Assembly (NCBI RefSeq): GCF_000143415.4
Contig: NW_003314293.1
Coordinates: 1,806,774-1,840,579, forward strand
Direction of reading: 5' to 3'
Length of the DNA: 33,806 bases
From: Selaginella moellendorffii
Lineage: Eukaryota; Plantae; Lycopodiophyta
Every line of letters begins with the position of its first letter. The first letter of the stretch is position 1. Of the stretch, positions 21,428 through 33,732 are shown one piece after another. Under the pieces are notes generated by a model, which searched no databases, was not told where the DNA came from, and saw only the letters and a list, made by a program, of their open reading frames with translations. The position numbers and the translations under genes were made by a program.

Positions 21428-24400
21428 ATCTGCCATGATGTTGCTCTTCCCAGGCATGTACAGAATCTCGCAATCAAACTTGGCCAAAGCATTGGCCCAC
21501 CAACCTTGTTTTCCCCTTAGGTTGGGCTGTGACAAAAAGTGTTTTGTTGCTACATTGTCTATGTAAACCTTGAAGTGTCTCCCAAGTTAGTGTCACCACT
21601 CCTTGAGCATCTTGACCACCGCAAACAATTCCTTCTTATGGGTGGGCCACTTCCATTGAGCCTTGTCCAACTTCTTGGAAAAGAACGCTACTGGATGGTT
21701 GTCTTGCCTCAAAACTACGCCCAACGCAAAGTCTGGTAATGCCAACATGGGAGCCTTCCTCAACTTCCCCTTGAGGTGGACAAATGCCGCCTCGCATTCC
21801 GTTATCCATACCATCTTCTCTTTTCCCATTTGGTCTGTTAAGGGTAGGGCTACTCTCGAATAGTGTCTGATAAACTTTCGATAGTAGTTGCATAGCCCCA
21901 AGAATGCCCTTAACTCGTGTACATTTGATGGTCACTCCCAATCCTAGATCGCTTGGACCTTCTCAAGGTCCACCTTGAGCCCGTCCTTGCCCACCACATG
22001 CCCGAGAAACTTTACCTCTTGCTGAGCAAAGTCACATTTGCTCTCTTTAGCATACAGCTGGTGTTCCCTTAGTTTCTCAAACACCTTCGTCAAGTGTTTG
22101 GCATGCTCCTCTAGCATTTCACTATAGCTCAAGATGTCGTCAATATAGACGATCACAAAGTGATCCAGATAGGGTACAAAGATATGGTTCATCAATGCTA
22201 AAAATGTTGCCGGCGCATTACATAGTCCGAAGGGCATCACCAAAAACTCGAAGCTCCTATACCTTGTCCGACAGGTTGTCTTCTCGACATCTTCCTCTAC
22301 TACCCTGATCTGGTAGTATCCTGACCTTAGGTCAATCCTCGAGAAGTATTTTGTCTTTCCCAATCTATTGAACAGGTCCTCAATCCTTGGCAAAGGGTAC
22401 TTGTTCTTCTTTGTATATTTGTTGAGCAACCGGTAGTCTATACACATGCGCATAAATCCATCTTTCTTTTTCACAAATAGCACCAGTGCCCCATACGGTG
22501 ACTTGCTCAACCTAACATACCTTTTGTCCACCAACTCCTTTAGTTGGCACTTGAGCTCCGCGAGTTCTTTTTCGTTCAAACGATAGGGGGGACAAATCAC
22601 TGCCTCGGCACCCTCGACAAGCTCAATCTTATGTTCTATTGATCGTGCGGGGGGGCAACCCCGCCGGTAGCTCCTCCGGCATGATATCCTGGAATTGGTC
22701 CAACACCCGCTGGATCACTAAAGGTACTTCTTCCGTTCCTGTCTTTTTGTCACTCCTCACCGAGATTAAGCACAAAAATGCAGCCTTGGTCCCTTTAGTG
22801 AGTTGTCCTCTCATGGACACCAGGTTTAGGCATGAATCTTTAGCCTTGCATTGCCCTACCTTTAGATCCTGGGGCTCCACCTTGGATCTTCTTCCTTGGG
22901 CATTCGCTAGTACCACAAGGTTCCTACCTTGTCCATGCAAGATTACCACAAACCGACTGAACCAATCCATCATGAAGATCACATCAAATCCCGCCATGTT
23001 TAACACGATGAAATCCATGTCTACTTTCCAAGTCTCTACTTCGACTCTCGTTTGTCGAAGTACCTTATCGGTGCTTTGGCTACCTTGAACAAACTCTATA
23101 GTCCTTGGTTGGCCCAGCCGCTACACCGTTAGTCGGGCTTGCCGGACTATGTCTGCAGCCACAAAATTATCTGAAGCACCCATGTCAATAAAAATCTTAA
23201 CAAAGCTACCTCCGAGCTTCCCTCGGAAGGCTAGTAGATATCGCGAATGACTCTCTACTAAAATTGCTCGTGTAATAAGTAACTTTGAGCTAGGGACTGG
23301 ATCACATACATCAGTTTGGACTTCACCCGACTTAATGGCTATATTGGCTCTGGCCTTCTTCGGGTAGGGACATTCCCTCGAAAAGTGTTCCCCTTCACCG
23401 CAGTTGTAACATACGTTGTTTCCCAAGCTGCTAAATGACTTGACCTTTTTATTCGTGGGTTTGTCTCTTTTTGCTTGACTCCCCCACGTACTTGCTCGCT
23501 AACCTCCAAATTTGCCTTTTCGGAACCCCAAGGACTCATTCTTAGAGAAACTCTTCTTGAATTTCCCTTTGTTATATGTTCCCCTTGGTTTAGCCCCTTT
23601 GCTAAACATGGACCCCGACCTCGTCGTGTTCCCCTTTTGCAAGTTATCGTTGAAATGCACCTTGATAGCCGCATCCAACTCTTCTTTGTAATTGGTTGGG
23701 TTCCAACGCATCACCTCGCCGCAAGCCTAGGTTTGCAAGCCCAATATGAAGGCATGGAACGCATCCATATCCCTCATGTCCATGACAAGTATCCTCTTTG
23801 CCATAAACCCATTCACATACTCCTGAATGGTTTCAGTCTGTTTCAGCCTACTCAGCTCGTCTCTTAGATGCAGAGTAGCATTCAGAGGAACGTAAGTCGC
23901 ACGGATCCTCACTTTCATCATGTCCCAAGTGGCCACTGGTCCTTCGTTGGCCTCTGTCATTCTCCACCAAGACTTGGCATTATCTGCCAAGTATAGTTTT
24001 GCACATGGGACCTTCTCCGAGCTCGGTAACCACAACGCTCGGAAGTAGTCCTCCATATCATAAAACCAATCCTCCACCACCTTATAGTCGTTCACTCCCT
24101 TGAAGACCGGTGGGGGCTTTGGTTTGTACTTGGGAATTGCCTGAGGGACTGATTCCACTTCAGTCTGTTCGACCTTGTTTGGTTCTGCCTCAGTCCCTAC
24201 TGAAGGGTCCGCACCTTCTGCGCTACCAGCATCCGCAGTCTTTTGCTTTTTCTTCCGCTTTTCGTCACGCTTTAGCTTGCGTACGAGAGTCTCCAGCAGG
24301 GCATTGGTTTGTGCCAATTGTCCTTCTAGAATGTCCAATCGAGCCTTGGACGACTGCACCTCGCCACCGGACTCCTGTTTGGAAGTTTCCTCACTGGAGT

Positions 24401-24553
24401 TCTCCTCATGCAAGGATTCCTCATCCATAGCCTCTTGTTCGACCGGAGGCTCCAGCTCTGGAGGAGGTTCTATCTCCGCCTTGGTTCATTTATGCCCTAC
24501 CTTTGCCATTTCCCAGCAATCCGCCTCTATCCATCGCTAGAATTGAGGAAAAG

Positions 24554-24565
24554 GCTCCGATACCA
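24554..24565 (-). promoter_or_regulatory. Primer-binding site (tRNA-iMet type) of element B
   Basis: TGGTATCGGAGC 3 nt inside the 5' LTR; one mismatch to TGGTATCAGAGC. Confidence 0.85.
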
Positions 24566-24568
24566 AAT

Positions 24569-25702
24569 TGTAAGCCATAAATTTTTCCTTTCCAATTTGC
24601 CAGCTTACCTTGTCTATCCGTCCAACACTGCCTTGGCTTTTGCTAAGTTCCCTCACCAAGGTTCCCACCTATGGTACCAGCTCCTACTTGGTCCTACTTT
24701 GTTTCAGCTACTCACTACACGAGCAACAGAGCGTTAGCCATCCATCCACGGATTCCCAAATCTCTTCCAATATCCCCTCCCCGGGTTAGACTGGACTTAA
24801 GGTTCGGCTACACTCCCTGCAGGCACAAATAGCCAAGCACACCAAGCCTCCAGGTTCCTAACACCCCTTGGTACCACAAGACTTGATCATAGGACCTTCT
24901 AAATCCCAAGTCTTGGGTGCAACACTTGCTTCGGGACGCCAGGGCGAAACACCGTGGCCTAACGGCCGGGTATGGGTACCTCTACCCCCCCACTTCCATC
25001 CCGAAGGAAAGCCCAAGCCCCTAGGAAGGGTGAGGACCAATGAGCCACATGGTACTCAAGTGGGGCACCACTCCACATGAGCCAAGACCACCACAGTCGG
25101 TTTCCCTTTCGGGAGTGGGAGCTACTCTTGAGCACTTCCTGGGGTGGCCCCTCCGGCACCACCCAAGTCCCTGCTCACTCCCACCCAAAGCCCCTCGGCC
25201 CCAGTCTCAACCTCAAGTCAGTTTGGAAGCACCACTGGAGAGTTCTTTCAAGACTGGTTCCTAGACCTCACTATCCCTACTATACTTTTGGAACCCCCTG
25301 CAGCCCCCCGCCCCTGGGAGACGCACGCTTTGGGCTTACACCCCTTGACCCGTATTAGTACTCGGACTCGGTCTCGGACTTGATCTTGGACTCGATCTTG
25401 GACCTGACTTCGGACTCGGTCTCAGACTCGATCTCGGACTCGATCTCGGACCCGATCTTGGACTCGACTTCAGACTCGACCTTGGACTCAATATTGGACC
25501 CGATTTGGATCTCGGACTCTGTCTCAAACTCAGTCTCCGATTCGGCCTCGGACTCGATCCTGGACTCTATCTCGAACTCGGTCTCAGAGTCAGTCTTGGA
25601 CTCGATCTTCGACTCGGTCCCATCCGATGAACTCTTTGTCATTTTGGTCATGCTTTCGGGGATCCTTTAGCCTACGACTTCTTAGAGAGTTGGTTCCTTA
25701 CA
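24569..25702 (-). repeat. Element B 5' LTR (1134 bp)
   Basis: TGTAAG...CTTACA termini; homologous to 13335-14365 plus 19263-19351. Confidence 0.95.
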
Positions 25703-26391
25703 CCTATTTACAATATTTTCCTTGCTGTAATTTCTTTTACAAAATGCCCTCCAGAGCAACCAGTATGGGCCTCTTCTAGTAACGTGTGTATCTCTTCTTG
25801 TGAACGTACACATCTTCTTAATATATTATCATATCCAATTCTATAGAGTCTTCCTCCAACGACTGAGTATCGTCGTGTCCTCAAGATGAATTGTTTCCTT
25901 TGATCTTGCATGGTACATAATGTGGGAACTTTTGTAGTAGTTAAATAATGAAAGATTTCTTGAAGTGTATTGTGGGTGGTAATTTTAAAAAGATGTGAAT
26001 CAGGTAAGTCATTGTTGCGGTCTTATATATTTTCTCCAGTTGTAATTTTGCTGAGATGAACAGCTTATTCGTGGTATTTGCCAGGTTTGTGAACTATTTC
26101 AAAATTGAATTCTTGTAATAACAAAAACCATCTTGTTATTTGGCCGCTAAAGATGGGTTTGTTGAGTAGATGAATCAATACTTGATGATCAATGAATATT
26201 TTGACTTTGTTGGAAAGTAAATAATGTCGGAATTTGGTCAAGGCATATATCATGCCTAAGGCTTCTTTCTCTGTAGTTGTATAATTCATTTCAGGTGGAG
26301 AAAGGCGTCAACTTGCATAATAGATGGGGTGATCACGATGATCATCTTTTCTTTGGCAAAAAATTGCTCCTAACACATAGTCAGAGGCATC
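25703..26391 (-). mobile_element. Element A, upstream part: RNase H and integrase N-terminus
   Basis: DASDYVLGAI...NYTTTEKEALGMIYALTKFRHYL...RWFLLLQEFNFEIVHKPGK; EAHTGCSGGHF. Joins 13334 across the CCTAT TSD. Confidence 0.92.
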
Positions 26392-27215
26392 TATAAGGAA
26401 CCAACTCGCCGAGGTGTTGTAGGCTAAAGGAACCCCGAAAGCATGACCAAAATGACAAAGAGTTCATCGGATGGGACCAAGTCGAAAATCGAGTCCAAGA
26501 CCGACTCTAGGACCGAGTTCAAGATAGAGTCCGGAATCGAGTCCGAGACCGACTCGGGGACCGAGTTTGAGTCCAAGTTCGAGACCGAGTTCGAGACCGA
26601 GTCCGAGATCCGAAATCGGGTCCGAGACTGAGTCCGAGGTCGAGTCCGAGGTCGGGTCCGAGATCGGGTCCGAGATCGAGTCCGAGATCGAGTCCGAACC
26701 CGAATCCGAAGTCGGATCCGAAATCGGGTCCGAAATCGGGTCCGAGATCGAGCCAGAGACTAAGTCCAAATACTAATACGGGTCAAGGGGTGAAAGCCCA
26801 AAGTGTGCGTCTCCCAGGGGGGGGGGGCGCTGCAGGGGGTTCCAAAAGTATAGTAGGGATAGTGAGGTCCAGGAACCAGTTTAGAAGGGACTCTCCAGTG
26901 GGGCTCCCAAATTGACTTAAGGTTGGGACTGGGACCGAGGGGCTTTGGGTGGGAGTGAGCATGGACTTGGTTGGTGCCGGAGGGGCCATCCAAGGAAGTG
27001 CTCAAGAGTAGCTCCCACTCCCGAAAGGGAAACCGATTGCAGTGCTCCCGGCTCATGTGGAGTGGTGCCCCACTTGAGTACCATGCAGCTCATTGGTCCT
27101 CACCCTCCCTAGGGGCTTGGGCCTTCCTTCGGGATGGAAGTGGGGGGCGAGAGGTACCCATACCGGGCCGCTAGGCCATGGTGTTTCGCCCTGGCGTCCC
27201 GAAGCAAGCGTTGCA
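26392..27215 (+). mobile_element. Third, 3'-truncated B-family LTR inserted in element A RNase H in opposite orientation
   Basis: Starts TATAAGGAACCAACTC (decayed TGTAAGGAACCAACTC). Reverse-complement homology to 24918-25702 ends abruptly at GCGTTGCA. Confidence 0.9.
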
Positions 27216-27347
27216 TGGAGGAGCCGTTGGAGCAGCCGCTAGAGGAGCCACTAGAGTAGCCGTTGGAGTAGCCGCTGGAGCAGCCACTGGAGTACCTGCT
27301 GGAGTACCTGCTAGAGTACCCGCTGGAGTACCCTCTGGAGTGGCCGG
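27216..27347. repeat. 12-bp tandem array (TGGAGTAGCCGC-like, about 11 units), followed by 7-bp TAACC/TAACT repeats
   Basis: Visible periodicity beginning exactly where B-LTR homology stops. Confidence 0.9.
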
Positions 27348-28462
27348 TAACTAGTAACTTGTAACCAGTAACCGGGGACCTATAACCTATAACTAGTAAC
27401 CCTTGCTCTCACTCCTACCCCTGCGCCTGCTCCAACACCAACTCCTATTCAGCGCTTGCTCCTACTGTCCCTGTTACTATGCCAATTCCTATTCCTGTTC
27501 CTACACCAACCTGTTCCTTGAAGATTGCTTCGTTCCCAAGGAACTCCCAACAAAGTTTACCCCAAATTTAAAGAGAAAAATGAGTCCTTTGGTCTTGATC
27601 CTTCCTCATTTTTACTGTTGGTGGGCTCGTTGGAAAGAGCTCAGCCCTGTTTACCTTCTATCGTAAGAATTTGGGAAGAAGCAGCCTCAATATTCCCTAA
27701 AATCCAAGAAGAGGTAGCCCAGAATGCCAATATTGTGAAAAAACATATGCATGTCACTAATGTAGATCGATACTAAGACGTCGTTGGTATTTTCGGAAAG
27801 CCTAGGACCAGGAGCACCTCTAGAAACAAAAGGCATCCAAAACAAAGCTTGGAGGAGCATGAAATCCTGCTACAAAGATGACCCAATCTAGCAAGAGAAG
27901 AAAACCCCTTTTGCATGCTGCCAATTTGGCCAAATCTAGCGCCAAAAATCACCTCTACTCATAGATCTAGGCCAGATCTACAAGCCCAAATGCACTACCT
28001 TGAGAAATTGGTTCGAAGATTCAGGCGAGAAAGTGAAAACCCCAAAATGCTCATCCAACCGAGCCAAGAAATGTTGTATTTCTTCAAATACTACACGGCT
28101 TGATGAGCGCCATACCTTGCTGGAAAGAGGAGCTCCAAACCTATCCAACACGCCCAAGATCAAACAAAAGCACTGCAAGACGAACAAGGAATTCCTTCCC
28201 AAAGTTTGCGACCCAAAAGAAAAAGAGAGAAATGACGCTTCAGAAAATGTTGCGTGTCACTTCGGGTTCACCATTTGTTGGGGGAAGGAGGGGTGCTTCC
28301 CCCAACGCTCGCTCAAACACGAGAAATGTTTCACTACTCTCCACAAAATGCCCCCCCTTACCCTTGTGGGGTAAGGGTTTTATACAAGGAAGATGGGGAA
28401 TATTCTGAGGACCAGAATATTCCCTCTCTCTCTCTCACTCTCTCGGTGGCCACGCCCTAACA
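27216..28462 (+). mobile_element. LTR-like non-coding segment upstream of element D gag
   Basis: Ends ...GGCCACGCCCTAACA just before the gag region and contains tandem repeats. No partner LTR in the window and no clear PBS. Confidence 0.45.
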
Positions 28463-28479
28463 GTTTAGTTACTGATAGA

Positions 28480-31400
28480 GGCATGCATGCAGCTAGTGGG
28501 ATGGTGAAAAAGAATCGTGCTGAAGACACTAAAACCTTTAGATGGGCGAATTGAGAGGAGGAAACTCTTGCTAGAGATGCTATGGAAGAGGCTGAGGCTG
28601 AGTTAAAAGAGGAAGAGCCAGATGCTATGGCACTGCAGCGTACGGCTCAAGAAATTGAGATCGCGAATTTGCGAAGAGAAATGCAAATTGAAGGAGAACA
28701 AGAAAAGGAAGAAAGAAGCTGAAGTAGCTAAACCAACTAAACCTAAGCAACCGGACTCCTCTTCAAGTTCTAAGGACAATGAAGTTTTACAATTGCCCCT
28801 AGTTGCACGAGTTTCAAAGTTTAAGCCTCTGAAACCACCCAATTTCAAAGGCATACGGGACTATAAGGTTTTGGAGGACTGGGTCTACGATATGGAAAAC
28901 TATTTCATAGTGGCAGACATAGATGATCGTATGAAAGTTGCATGCGCGCAATCCTTTCTCACCGATCATGCCAAAACTTAGTGGCGCCAAGTGTGTGCTG
29001 AAAAAGGGCAGACTAGAAGTTGGATCAAGATGCGGTCTCATATCCGTAAGGAATACTTGCCAGATGATCTTGGTCTGAGACTTCACACAAAGTTGCAACG
29101 GTTAAAGCAGTGAAGGGACCTTATACATTACATTAATACGTTTGCTCAAAAGCGCATTATAATTGCAAATATGAGTGACGAAGATGCTCAGAGTTATTTT
29201 CTGGGGGGTTTAAGTTCACTTTCTCGCAATGAGATTTGAAGTTTAAGCCTGGAGTGTAAGGAGGCAGCATAGCAAGTTGCCTTTAGTTATGGAACAATAT
29301 CAGCAACTGTATTTGGTACCTCAGATAAGAATAGGAATTTTGGAAATAAACAAGGTGATCGGAAACAGAGGGTGGAAAGAAGGTTCCACCCTGGAGGCTC
29401 ACAAAAAACGGTTAACAAAGGTGGTGGTGGTTGGAGACCACCAACAGCTTCTTCTGGTCCTAGGCCCTTTGTTCCTCCTCCTGGTGGGTACAAGCAATAG
29501 CAACTTGCAAAACCTGCTCCTAGCAAAACGGGTAATGTGGGTCATTGTTTCCATTGTGGAGAGTCAGGACATAGGTCCTCAAAATGTCCCAACAAGCATA
29601 AGACAAAGTCTTGTGTTAATGTCATGAGGGAAGATGGTGGTGGTGAAGCTGAAGGGGTTGACGAGTTGGTCAATGCAAACTATGAGGAAGAGGAGGTGAG
29701 TTACTTTCATTGCTTTCCTCAAGCTTTTCTTGTAGTTAATGCAAACACTGATCCGTTGATGTATTTGGTAGGCTTTATCTGCGGACATTGAATCCAAGTG
29801 ATGATTGACACAGAAGCTACACACAGCATGATATCCGAAAACTTAATTAAGTTTTTAGAATTGAATGCTGAGCAAATGTCACCTATGCACTTCCAGTTTA
29901 TGGAAAGTGGGCAAGTAGCCAAAAAATTTGTGAGTGATGTTCCAATAAAATTATCCAAATAGAAAGAAAGAATGGACTTGGTAGTGTTGAAAATACCAGA
30001 TTTTCAAATGATGTTTGGTATGGACTTGTATCACATTGAAGTTAGAAGGACGTCCTGATGTGTCCTTCCAATTGCAAAAGCACTCCTCAAAGGATTGGGA
30101 TGCTAAGTTTCTGATTGCGAGAGCTGCTTAAAAAGTAGTTAAAAAGGGATGTCGGACCTTTTGGGTTTAGGTGATGGAAGCTAAGGGTGTGGGTGCCTCA
30201 GTTCAAATTGGTGATGGAGTTGATCTTGTACCAAAGAAGATATTAGAGTTGTTGGCGCAGAATCAAGATATCTTCCCGAAGGATTTACTACTAGGGCTAC
30301 CTCCTAGCCATGAGGTTGATCATTGAATTGAGGTTATTCTGGGTTCTAAACCACCTACAAAAGCTCTATATTGTTTGAACATCAAGGAGATGGCTGAACT
30401 CAAAAAGCAACTCATAGAGCTTCTTGACAAAGGTCATATCTAACCAAGAAAATCACCTTATAGAGCACTAGTCCTTTTTGTTATGAAAAAGGATAGAACC
30501 ATAAGGATGTGTATCAACTATTGGGCACTCAATAAGATCACGGTCAAAAATAGTTATCCTTTGCCTCGCATTGATAACTTGTTTGACCAACTCTTAAAGG
30601 CTAAGTATTTTACGTGGCTTGATTTGCGGTTTGGGTATCATTAGATACGGGTGGCAGATTAAGATGTGGAGAAGACAACTTTTAAGGCTTGGTATAGATT
30701 TTATGAGTTCCTTATCATGTTGTTTGGGTTATGCAATGCTCCGGCAATGTTTAGCACTATGATAGATAGAATATTTGGAGATTATTTGGATGCATTTGTT
30801 GTCCTATATATCGATGATGTTCTAGTCTTTAGTGAAATGTTGGAGGATCATTTGAAACACTTGGAGTTGGTGTTTTAGAAAATATATGAACACCAATTGT
30901 ATGCTAAGGAAAGTAAATGCGCTTTTGGACAATTGCGCGTAAATTTTCTCGGACATATAGTCGGTGGTGGCATAATTGAGGTAGATCCAAAGAAGGTGGA
31001 AGCGGTGAAGTCTTGGGAAGTCTCGACCACTATATTAGATGTTCGTTCCTTTCTCGGTTTGGCGAGATACTATTGCAAGTTTGTCCGCAATTTTGCAAGA
31101 ATTACTCTTTCATTGACTAAGTTAACGAAGAGCAGCATACCATTTCATTGGACACTAGCTTGTCAGCGTGCTTTTGTACAGTTGAAGGAGATCTTGATTA
31201 CGGTTCCTATTCTCAGAATCCCAGATCTTGATAAACCTTTTGAAGTGCATTGTGATGCATCTGGCTATGCTATTGGTGCCGTATTGCAGCAAGATTGTGA
31301 CAAAGCGGTTGGTGTCACGCTAAGGCGACATGGTTGTCCCGTTGCATTCTATTTTGAGAAATTGGATGAAACCCAACGAAGATGGCTAACGCACAAGAAA

Positions 31401-33137
31401 GAAATGTTTGCTATAGTGTCGGCATTAGAACATTGAAGACACTACTTGGGTGGACACACCAAAGTTTATACAAATAGTAACACACTAAGCTACTTTGCTA
31501 TGCAGCCAAAGCTTACGCCAAAGCAAACTCGTTGGCAAGAGAAGCTTGTTAGATATGATATTGAAGTCATATATAAACCTGGTAAAGACAATATTGTTCC
31601 AGATGCATTGAGTCGTCAGGCTCAGTTTTAGGCAATGTCGGCAATCAGTTTAGACTGGTTAGAGGATGTTCGGACTTCGTATGGAAATGATCTATTGGCA
31701 AAAGTAGTCTTACACCATGCGGAGTTGTTAAAGTAGAACCCTGATAGCAAAGTGGCGAAAGTTGTTAGTTGAACCAATGTGAAGCTTCACTTCTCAGTTT
31801 GGGATGGGCTTATATTCTGTAAGCAAGAAAGATTGTATCTTCCCTCTAAGGATCTATAGCAATTGTTTCTGCGGGAACATCATGATGTTCCAGCAGCGAG
31901 ACATGGTGGAAAGCGAAAGACTCTGGTTTCATTGAAAAAGGGATTTTTCTGGTCTAGTATGGAAGGTGACGTAGCGGACTATGTCCGTTCTTGCCCTATA
32001 TGCCAGCAATGTAAGTGCAAAACTGAGAAGCAGGCTGGAAAGTTGCAATGCATTCCAGCACCGGCATGGCCATTTCAAAATGTGACACTTGATTTTGTCA
32101 CTTGTTTGCTGAAGTCTAAGGGTTATGATACTTTTATGGTGGTTGTGGATCGGCTGTCTAAGATTGCACACTTTATTCCAACTGTAGAAACAGTGAATGC
32201 GAAGCAAGCAACAAAACTCTTTTTCCATGAAGTCGTGTGGGTTTGTGGTCTTCCCAAAGAGATGATCTCGGATAGAGATTCGAGGTTTACAAGAAAGTTT
32301 TGGGGTATATTATTCCAGCTGTTTGGTACTAAGTTGAAGTTTAGTATAACTTATCATCCTCAAACTGATGGGCAGACTGAATGTGTGAATGCTCAAGTTG
32401 AGGATTATCTGCGGTACTATGTCGCAGTGAACCAATGCGACTGAGTTGAGCATTTGGATACAGCAAAAATCTATTATAACAACACATTTCACAGCACTAT
32501 TGGCTATTCTCCATAGGAGATGCTACAAGGAAATGCTTGTGGGGTGCCTCAATAGATTGTTGTACCGCAATCAATGTCCAAAGTGTAGGTCCCAGACTTA
32601 TGTGAGCAGCTACGCCAAGGTTGGTCTAGAGCTATTAAGGTGATGGGCAAAGCTCAGGATAGATATCGACGTGATAAGGATTAGCATCATTGGGATGTAT
32701 CCTATCAAGTGGGAGATCAGGTGTGGCTATCTTCCAGGAACTTGAACATTAAGGGATTTTTGTCTCGGAAGCTGTTACTGAGATATGTTGGACCCTATTG
32801 GGTGTTGAAATGACTTGGTGATGTATCCTATTAGTTGGATATTTCACAAGAGATGTCTAGACTTCATGATGTGTTTCATGTCAGTTTACTGGCCCAATAT
32901 CATGAGGATCCTGGCTGCTCTAGGGATGTTCGTCCAGCTCCAAATGTTATTGATGGTGAACCGGAGTATGAGGTTGAGACTATTCTTTTGTCTCATAAGT
33001 CACGTGGTGGTCGAACCAAGGAATATTTAGTTAAGTGGAAAGGTTACCCATCTTGCGAATCAACTTGGGAGCTTTTTAGGAATCTTACACATGCTCGTGA
33101 GCTTGTCATGGAGTATGAGAATCTTAATAAAGACTAG
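28480..33137 (+). pseudogene. Element D: degenerate chromovirus gag-pol related to element B
   Basis: Gag KPPNFKGIRDYKVLEDWVYDMENYF (compare B: KPPPVFKGVNDYKVVEDWFYDMEDYF); CFHCGESGHRSSKC; MIDTEAT; YIDD; CDASG; YHPQTDGQTE; chromodomain EYEVETIL...YLVKWKGYPSCESTWE. Many stops. Confidence 0.93.
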
Positions 33138-33732
33138 TTTTATAACTCATGTAATAAATCTTGCAAATCAATAAAGTAATATGTTTTTATAAATCAAACA
33201 TTTCATTTTTTTTGTTCGTTAGTACTTTGGTCAGTTTTGGCAAGCTGACTTTGGCACTTCGGTGCATGGGTCCAATCCATAACCATGGGGATAACTATTA
33301 TAAACTAATCACAAGTCCCTACCTCTCTCTCAATGACTCATTTTTGAAAAGGGGCATGGTCGTGTAAACAACTTAATCTGCTAGTTTATAATAGTTGTCT
33401 AAATCTTCCTGACAGGGTTGATTTTTTACTCAGGGGAAGTTCGGTTTTGGCCTTCTCCCTATGTTCCTGCGGGTAGGGATGTATCATTCCTTTGTAACCC
33501 GAGTGGCACTTGGAGTAGCAAGGGTGGCTAACTCCGTTAGTAATTTCTTTGTCGGCGACGGCCAGAGGGTGTCTGAGTCTTGACGTCTTTAGACGTAGAG
33601 GAGAGGTCGTTCCATAACTTATTTAAGTTGGTGTGTTTCCCATATAGTGTGCTTTCTGTTAACTTTCGGAGTTGTTTTCTTGATGGTCTACTAGACTCAA
33701 GTATACATTAACGAGGACGTCAATATTCCCAC

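Larger units (their letters stand above)
19754..24511 (-). pseudogene. Element B gag-pol with chromodomain (disrupted; two introns; one internal inversion)
   Basis: Gag 23499-24511; CYNCGEGEHFSREC; IFIDMGAS; RT 21944-22600; RH 21430-21900; IN MDFITGLP...IISD...TERVN; chromodomain EEYEVKAIL...FHVKWKGFPHCEATWEPEENL. Confidence 0.95.
13335..25702 (-). mobile_element. Element B: full-length chromovirus-type Ty3/gypsy LTR retrotransposon nested in element A
   Basis: TG...CA LTRs: 5' LTR 24569-25702 and 3' LTR 13335-19351 (interrupted by C). Perfect TSD CCTAT at 13330-13334 and 25703-25707. PBS TGGTATCGGAGC. Domain order gag, CCHC, PR, RT (YIDD), RH, IN, chromodomain. Confidence 0.95.

Noticed and set aside
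20962-21438. Separate plus-strand element inserted into B
   Set aside because: It supplies exactly the pol segment missing from B at this position and has no LTR or TSD, so it is an inversion.
26474-27347. Tandem arrays as CRISPR-like repeats
   Set aside because: Contiguous degenerate 6/12-bp units without unique spacers, inside LTRs of a eukaryotic genome.
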